This document shows, piece after piece, positions 56,801 to 64,000 of a stretch of DNA of 64,000 nt. The stretch spans positions 62,001-126,000 of the forward strand of contig JAQGDQ010002382.1 of assembly GCA_030141605.1 (NCBI GenBank), written 5' to 3'. Each line of letters starts with the position of its first letter. The first letter of the stretch is position 1. The stretch comes from Tubiluchus corallicola (taxonomy: Eukaryota > Animalia > Priapulida). The notes beneath the pieces are model-generated. The model worked only from the letters and a program-made list of their open reading frames with translations, searched no databases and was not told the DNA's origin. Position numbers and translations under genes: made by a program.

Positions 56801-58941
56801 AAAAAACGCACAAATTTCTCACCTTGGGACCAGTCATCAGGAAATTGTTCACCGTCCTAAAAATAAAAACAAATAGATTATTTGTTTTAGGTGTAAATTA
56901 TTTGCGCATTTCTTGTGTTAAAAATGTCGTGTTAGCTAGTATGCATGACATTGAATTGAATAGAATTTGTTGACTAACAGAGATAAAGTATATTAACAAT
57001 ACATCACATACAAAGTTGTAAAGAGTTAGTCCTAATTAATAGCGGTAACGATGAGTCTAAATGGTCAGTCACACGGATAAAAACACAGGCTTACAATGAA
57101 CGAAGTGATTACAACAAAATCATGTCAGATAGTTAAAAATATAAAAAGTTTAACAAATATAACACTCAATTAAAGAACTCAATTGAAGAACAAAATTTAT
57201 AAGACTTATTTGTAGACAACTGTAGCATCAAATGATATAAGAACAGATTGAAGCTGTCATGTGGATACTCGATTGCTGGATACTGGATCGCCTAATATTG
57301 TTACGCATATCATGATGCTATAAACGTTATTAATATATTATATCAACTGCTATAGCTAAACTACGTTTACGTTTTTCTTATGCTTTAAAAACGAATATTC
57401 TGGGGAGGAAGTATCCAAAATCTGCGCTATAATTTAAAAAAAAATAACTCGAAGGTTTTGCGTACTGCTAGGGCAAAGTAAACGGTTTTAAAGTCGTACT
57501 TGTTGTTTGTTAAAATGCTTCTCATAACAATAAATAATAATTATAACTTAGAACGCCAATTATAAATTAATTGCTATTAGTACGGCAGTATCTAAAGTTT
57601 GCATACGAGATGAATTTTATTTAACTGATAAAATGTACAACCAGGGAAGAAAACTTAGCCTATTTAAATGGTGAAAAAAAATTCTCAATTTCGTTAACTT
57701 TTCAGTTATTTCGATTTTATAATGGTAAAAAATTTCGAATTATTTGAGCAAATTTCAAACCAATTCTTTGATCTGCTTTGTTTCACATGTTCTTTTATTT
57801 TAGGAAATTTAACTACGCCTTTTTGTAATTGTCATAGTGTAAAATGTGGTGATATTCATAATCAAAATTCTACATTTATTCTAGATTTACCCACAGTTGT
57901 ATTCATTAATCAAAGAGGTTACTAATGTCACTGTGTTTGTACCGACTAATGACTTTTACCGAGTAAATATAAAGTTTGGTACTTTGGTGAATTTATCTGC
58001 CAACCTTGCTTTTTAAGACTTACTAAATACATCACAATAAGTTTATGAAAATGTATGACGGCTTTGGCTTACCTGCACGCACGAATGTTAATTAGGCTGT
58101 TTATATAAATATGGCCAATTAGAGATCATACAGGACTATATTCCAAGAATATCGAGGTTTGGTTTTTATTTTATATCCGTTTACTTAACCTAATTTTGTC
58201 TATGAAACGTCAATAGAAACGTTTTCGTCATCACTTTTAGCCCTTTGACAAAATCCGCGTCATTTGCAATATTGAAAGTCTAAGTCTATATGCAATATGC
58301 AATAGTTTAAGTGACAAGAACTTTTTCTTTTTTTCTCGTTTCATTATTTTATTGATGAAATAACTAATAGTTGGTTTCACAATTTTTTCTCCTATAGTTA
58401 TTTTATTCTTAATAAAATAAATCCAAATTGTATATCAAAATTAGGTTGTAAAAATACGCGGGAGTACAAATACTCAAGTTGTAAATCGAACGTACAAAAT
58501 AAAGAAAATTATTTGACTGTTTATATAATTATTTATATCAGTCAAAAGTCAACATATGCAAGCTTCGCACTGTAAACGCAAATTACAAAACCTGACTGAA
58601 ATTAATTTCGTGTATTAATCTTTTCTTAAATTGTAAAAATAACATTTAATTTTAAATAATCTAATTACTATTTTCCTACCAATAATAATAAATGTCGAAA
58701 AGCGAATATCTTTGGGATTAACGAATTAATCACCTAGAAAACTAAACATTATTACACAATGAAGCAAATTTTTATATATGTACGAAGACAGGTGTATAAA
58801 CATTTTCGCACAAACGCCCTTTTAAAATATTTAAAAAACTAGTAGAGTGACAAAAACTTACCATGAATACGCACTCAAACTACAAAAAGATATTAAAAGC
58901 AGCGTTTCATGCAACACTTTTAAGTGTCGATATTTGCACAT
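47836..58941 (-). CDS. wnt8: Wnt8 ligand, 336 aa
   Basis: Exons 58941-58862, 56856-56823, 51968-51833, 51285-51163, 50387-50245, 49683-49413 and 48059-47836 total 1011 nt. Wnt8-diagnostic [15 protein letters not shown], plus [40 protein letters not shown] and [13 protein letters not shown]. Confidence 0.96.
48588..49370. repeat. (GTAAA)n pentanucleotide satellite
   Basis: Direct reading. Confidence 0.98.
50493..50648. repeat. (CTAAA)n microsatellite
   Basis: Direct reading. Confidence 0.97.
51596..51822. repeat. compound pentanucleotide microsatellite (TAATG/CAATG/CAATA/TAACA)
   Basis: Direct reading. Confidence 0.93.
52030..52214. repeat. (GAAT/GAAC)n microsatellite
   Basis: Direct reading. 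Confidence 0.95.
53651..53800. repeat. (TA)n/(TG)n microsatellite
   Basis: Direct reading. Confidence 0.95.
55146..56000. repeat. 428-bp-period tandem duplication, apparently identical copies
   Basis: 55146-55572 is repeated at 55574-56000 and includes the left end of a MITE. Confidence 0.93.
55814..56390. mobile_element. Kolobok-like MITE, copy 3
   Basis: Ends TTAAAAGAAGACAG and CGGTTTTGCTTTAA; homologous to copies 1 and 2. Confidence 0.8.
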
Positions 58942-59039
58942 CGTAATTGTTCACAGATAATTAACTTCGTTTTTCTGTAAATATTTTTTAACAAATTGAT
59001 ATTATCTTCTTCTGCTAATTAATCAACTTGATATCAGTT

Positions 59040-59360
59040 GTTTCTTTCACCTGATAAGAATCAACATGCAATTTATCACCTACTGACACCCAACTTACCT
59101 GGACCAGAAGGAGGAGTCAGATACCTTCTTAACCAATCACGTCCTGGCGGCATTGATTAGAACAAAGGCAACACCTATCAATAACAAAAATAGCTGACGC
59201 CGATTCCATAAAGGCACGCTTTCAACTCACAGGTACGGCAGGTAAGTTGTTTTTGTATTGTTCCAGCAAAGAGCATCCTTTCCCTTTTTGACCGTATGGG
59301 TCTTTTGTCGGAATCTCGGCACCTTTGATGTTTACTTTATTATATATACCTGTACTATAT
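59040..59360 (-). promoter_or_regulatory. putative Wnt8 proximal promoter and 5'UTR region
   Basis: Minus-strand donor CAG|GTAAGT at 59099, CCAAT at 59133, AACAAAG at 59161, TCF-type CTTTGATG at about 59323, several CAGGTA/CAGGTG motifs. Confidence 0.45.
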
Positions 59361-59927
59361 GCTCACCATATTTTTGTCTCTTACGTAAAAAAATGGCCGT
59401 GTGTCATAGTCAGCTTTTGATATGATCAGAGCCACTGTTTATTAAATTTCTTATTGTAGTAATTATGTAGGCCTAAATGTAGCTTTGGTGGATTTTGATT
59501 TTAACTCTTATATTATACGTGATTACGTGCCTCAGTTACCCATTGTTAGTGTAGTTAAATATGTGGGCATTCAACTTAACACAAAATCTTGCAGAGTAAA
59601 TTTGTTAAAGTTCAAATATTTGTTTTATAATCCAGGTATAGTCATTTGAATTCGATTATAAATCACTTACAAATTAATAAATTTTAAAAATTAAACTTGA
59701 CTGAAAGGCAGAAAATGTGAAAAAGTCGAGATTGAGATTAGACTTATGCTTAAGCGTTACACCAGGCAATCCTTAGGAACGTAGCAGATTTTAAATAATT
59801 ATTAATGGCTCATAAGTTAATTATTAGTATTTAATCAATTACACATTGAATTAGTCTCTTAAAGTTCACGTGTTTAGTAGTTGCTAAACTAATAGAATTA
59901 AACTAAGGCCTATCATGATCACAAGAA

Positions 59928-59994
59928 GCTTCATGATCTAGTGGACATAGCGTTCGATTTGTAATACAAAGGACCTCGGTTCAAATCCACGCTA
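59928..59994 (+). mobile_element. tRNA-derived SINE head or tRNA pseudogene
   Basis: A-box-like TGATCTAGTGG and B box GGTTCAAATCC at tRNA spacing; stems do not pair well. Confidence 0.45.
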
Positions 59995-60712
59995 AATTCT
60001 GACTAGTTCGCATTTTTCGGCCACGTGTTTTTATTTGTCAGAAACAGATTACAACTTTAATTTCTGTTGGAAGACCGCCCAGAGTCGCCATTGGGCTTGC
60101 TTAGAGCGATTTGTAAAAAAGTCTTTGTTTCAAAAACTCAGTAATTGCCATGTTGTTTTTCCTTGGGCATATCATTTTATCAATAAAAATTTGCAAGTAT
60201 CGTTCTGTATTAAATACAATTACACTATCCACTTTCTGTAATTATATGAACTATCCCTGTAATAATACAAGTGAAACCGCGTGCTCAGAATGGCACTTGA
60301 TGGCAGGTGAGGAATACAAATTCAAAGAACCTCTTATCATAAAACAAAAGCTTCCCACATCGATTAGGAAAACTTAGATACCTCACTTGCTTACTTTTTC
60401 TTTTCTCTTTCTCAATAAGAGTATACTGTTTACAGTGATCTCTACGGTGCGCATCAAAGAATTAGCGAATCTATCACGGTATTTTCTAAGCAATCACTTT
60501 CTAAGCAATGCACCCAAGTCTAAATATGGTTAAATTTCGCAAACCGTACAAAATTAATAATGCTGCTACAGGTAAAATGAAAAAGCCATGTTTTTAATAC
60601 GTAATTCATTTTTAATTACCTTGTGCACTGTGGGTGAACAATTTAAACTAAGACATAAGTTAGTTAGCTGCACTTATGATAAGAGCGTAAACATGCAGAT
60701 GTAAATTGAAAA

Positions 60713-60841
60713 CACACACACACACACACATACACACACACGCACGCGAGCACACGCACTCCCGCATACATGCACACACGGACGGACGGACGCGCACGCG
60801 CACGCGCACGCACACGCACACACACACACGCACGCACACGC

Positions 60842-60918
<77 letters not shown>
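60713..60918. repeat. (CA)n/(CACG)n microsatellite
   Basis: Direct reading. Confidence 0.95.
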
Positions 60919-61033
60919 AACCTTTATTGTAGAAAATATACACTAGTACAGAGTGAAACAAATTACATCATATATAAAATTAGTGTATAACCAGACAGTG
61001 ACAGACTGATGAGTGCAATTGTGTCAGTCAGTT

Positions 61034-61145
61034 TAAGTTAAAAATCATAAGAATAAAAGCATTAAAATACTACATTACATATCTACAAATTTGTCTATAT
61101 GTAATATAATATTTTAATGTTTTTATTCTTATGATTTTTAACTTA
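61034..61145. repeat. loop-less AT-rich palindrome (112 bp)
   Basis: TAAGTTAAAAATCATAAGAATAAAA...ACAAA|TTTGT...TTTTATTCTTATGATTTTTAACTTA with about 5 mismatches. Confidence 0.9.
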
Positions 61146-62397
61146 GTGAAGCGTTTTAAATAAACAAATAAATAAATAAATGACTTTTATGTTCCTGCTT
61201 TCTCATTCATGACTTTATCAAAACGTAGAAGTTCTTGCTGATTACAATACGCAGGTTTTCCTGTAATTGCTAAATTTTACCTGCATTGACAAACTTCAGC
61301 TAATTCAAGATGCACCTACAAGAGAAAAATACAAGCTAATCTGTCGCTTTGTAAATCAAGCAAAATAATAAATAAAATTTAATTGAATAATGTTGTGTCT
61401 TTCATCTCTTCTTTACAGCAGAATAACTATTAAAGTCACACTGCAATATTATTTTATGAGTAAAGATTTAGGTGTTGTTCACAGATTGCTCAAGTCTTAC
61501 CTCTCCTTTATAAAATTACTAAAAAAACTGTATAGCTAAATGCTTGTCTTATCAGTATATTAAGAATTATATTATTTAGTATTATTGTCAAAGTTAGTAG
61601 ATTTGTTCTTAATCAATAAGCCTAGAAATAATGAAGTTGAACTCAAATCAAAATGTATTTAACTCCTGTTGTTGATTAATAGCATTATTAACCCAATGTG
61701 TTTTTATCATTTCATAACAATTTTGACCTGTATTTCACATAAAATCTAAATGCAATTTTTAGTTTAATCAAGACTGACCTTATTTTGTTGCCCGCTAATT
61801 AAACTACATGTATATTCTTTTCTCTGGATTATATGGAAAATGTCATAATTTTAAAAATTACTAATGTTTCCTAAATTAAACTGATAACATTAATGCCCAC
61901 CAGTGTCTAAAAAATCTTTTTATCTATATTCGGTAAAGGATTGCAGTCTAGGTGACTTTATAGTCTTTTCGCTATCCTTTCTCTAGTTCTAGATCTATCT
62001 ATACATTTTAACCATTTTTCAAAACTTATTAGAGATTCTTTTATTAATCATGTTTTACTGTAACACTATAAAGAGATAAAAAAGTTGAATTTGAATTGTG
62101 ATATAGGACAGGTCTAATAGGAGCAGATGTCGTACAATGATATAATTTCAGCAAACATTCATAAGAAAATTAGCCGAATAAATAATAGTTTGAAACCATG
62201 CTACACCAGTCAGTAATATATAAAGGATATGAAGAATATGATCCATATGCCAATATTATAATCTGCATTTATGGCACCACTGAAGTGTCATGTTATGCAG
62301 TCGGGTCGTTGTTCTTTTGAATGAATGCCAGTTTATGGACATTTAAGCAATCGAGCTGCTGACAAACTAAAGGACAAATGTCAGCAGCTAGAACTAT

Positions 62398-63080
62398 GAT
62401 AAGATAAGATAAGATAAGATGATATTTATTTTCATCGGTATGATATAAACAGTACATATTTGTAAAACATGAGCTTAAAGCTCGTAAACCGATATCAAAC
62501 ATAATGTATATGAGCGATAACATGGTAATAATATGTACTTCTTAAAATCTTTTGGATGCCACCAGAGGTATTGGTACAAGAAAAATTTATAACTACATAA
62601 AAATTTTAGGCAGTAACATTTTCTAAAATTTACACAAAAAGCTATCCAGGTCAATAAAAAATTTTCCTGCCAACATTTCAGCATTTAATTACGACTTAAC
62701 AAAATTGGGAAGTTCGCTGAATTTACAAATGGCACATTTACATGATACACCAGTCCATGACTTAATTAGACGTTTAAATTCCCCAAGATTTTCGGCCATT
62801 CGGAGACAGTTTGGTAATTCATTCCACAATGTGGCTCCATAATAGGAGAAACTTTTCTTGCCATATGTAACACCATCATATGTAGGGTGTTCTGCAGTGT
62901 TCATTTTTCTGAGGAAGTAGCGGTTTTGCTTTCGTTCCTCTCTATCAGTCCATAAAGATAGGACGGGCAGTTTTTGGACAAAATCTTGAATACTTCGATA
63001 GCAATGAGAAGTTGAAGAGACACAAAATTGTCTTTAAACAATAGATTTTCGTAGGTACTTTCAAAATCAGGTATGCTTTA
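62398..63080 (-). mobile_element. LINE (L2/Crack-like) 3' end with (CTTAT)n tail
   Basis: TYGKKSFSYYGATLWNELP...FKRLIKSW..C.C..C; AATAAA and a tandem TCTTA tail at 62398-62430. Confidence 0.78.
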
Positions 63081-64000
63081 GCTCCTTTCGACTGGCCTTC
63101 TTCCTTTAGCTTAGTTGATTAGCCCCGTCTTCATCTTTTTAGAAAACACATTTATCACAGTTTCACCACCAACATCAAATGCTATACTCGAAAGCAGATC
63201 TAACTGGTAATAGCTATAGTTTTAGTTCCGCTTGATTGTGCCAAACCATATGATCAGAATCAGCGTGCTTCCTCAAACGATACTTTCCTTCCAGCGAATT
63301 TCTCAACTCCCGTGCGCCATCTGCCGGCAGAAGTCGAAAAAATTTCGCGCATGCTGCAGGTATATTGAAGCTGCCTTGCTTTGCGAATTGCTGAAAATGA
63401 AGCTGTTTCCGTGGCAACGGCAAGGTGCGTGTTGGTGTGATCGCGTAGGGAATTACATTATTCCCGTTTTGGTTTGGTTATTGTTGTATGATATATGACA
63501 AAAAATGCAATAATGCTGATGAGCTTTTGTCACTTTAGTGAATTAACGGCCAAAACATGAAATGCAACAATTTGCTTATAAAGGTAGGCATTGTTTTGTG
63601 TCTAAAAATTCTTTTTATTCTTAAAGTTTTATTCTTATTCTTTGTACATAGTCATGTCCTTGTAATTATTGTTATCATAAATTCGGTATTAATTGTAATT
63701 ACTACCAGGGTTTGTCTCGGTGTACTCGCGTTACAAAAGTACGTATCATTTAGCTCAAGAAATAAAATTTGATTGCCTTATATAACCACTAGTACGCTTT
63801 ACTATGTGTTTAAAGCATTTGGATTAAACATGAAAAGGTTAAAAGTTTGTTAGTTTCGCATTAATAAATGCGCAAATTCACATTAACTACGAAGTAGGCT
63901 TATGAAAACCAAAAAAATACACTTGGATATGAATATGGGCTCTTTTTACAAGTCCAAGCATTTTGGCTCGACACAAAGTCTTAAATCCATGATACGGTAT

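Overview
AT-rich, intron- and repeat-rich invertebrate metazoan DNA; the 5S sequence looks lophotrochozoan-like, which is an inference. Left end: two short 5S rDNA blocks (1-1394 and 9603-11190) enclose a 17-bp minisatellite apparently born from a broken 5S gene, a secreted Gly/Tyr/Arg-rich protein gene, a decayed LINE, inverted 5S pseudogenes of a second sequence type and an orphan C-type lectin exon. Middle: three six-exon CYP2-clan cytochrome P450 paralogues. One is intact on the minus strand, its head-to-head plus-strand neighbour has a broken exon 3, and a third intact copy follows on the plus strand. Right: a four-exon secreted 10-Cys peptide gene that the ORF track misses (43601-44903, minus) and a complete Wnt8 gene (47836-58941, minus). 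MITEs (hAT, Harbinger-like, Kolobok-like), LINE and Penelope relics, microsatellites and two long palindromes are scattered throughout. All exon models were read by hand from GT/AG boundaries and frame arithmetic; no database searches were run.
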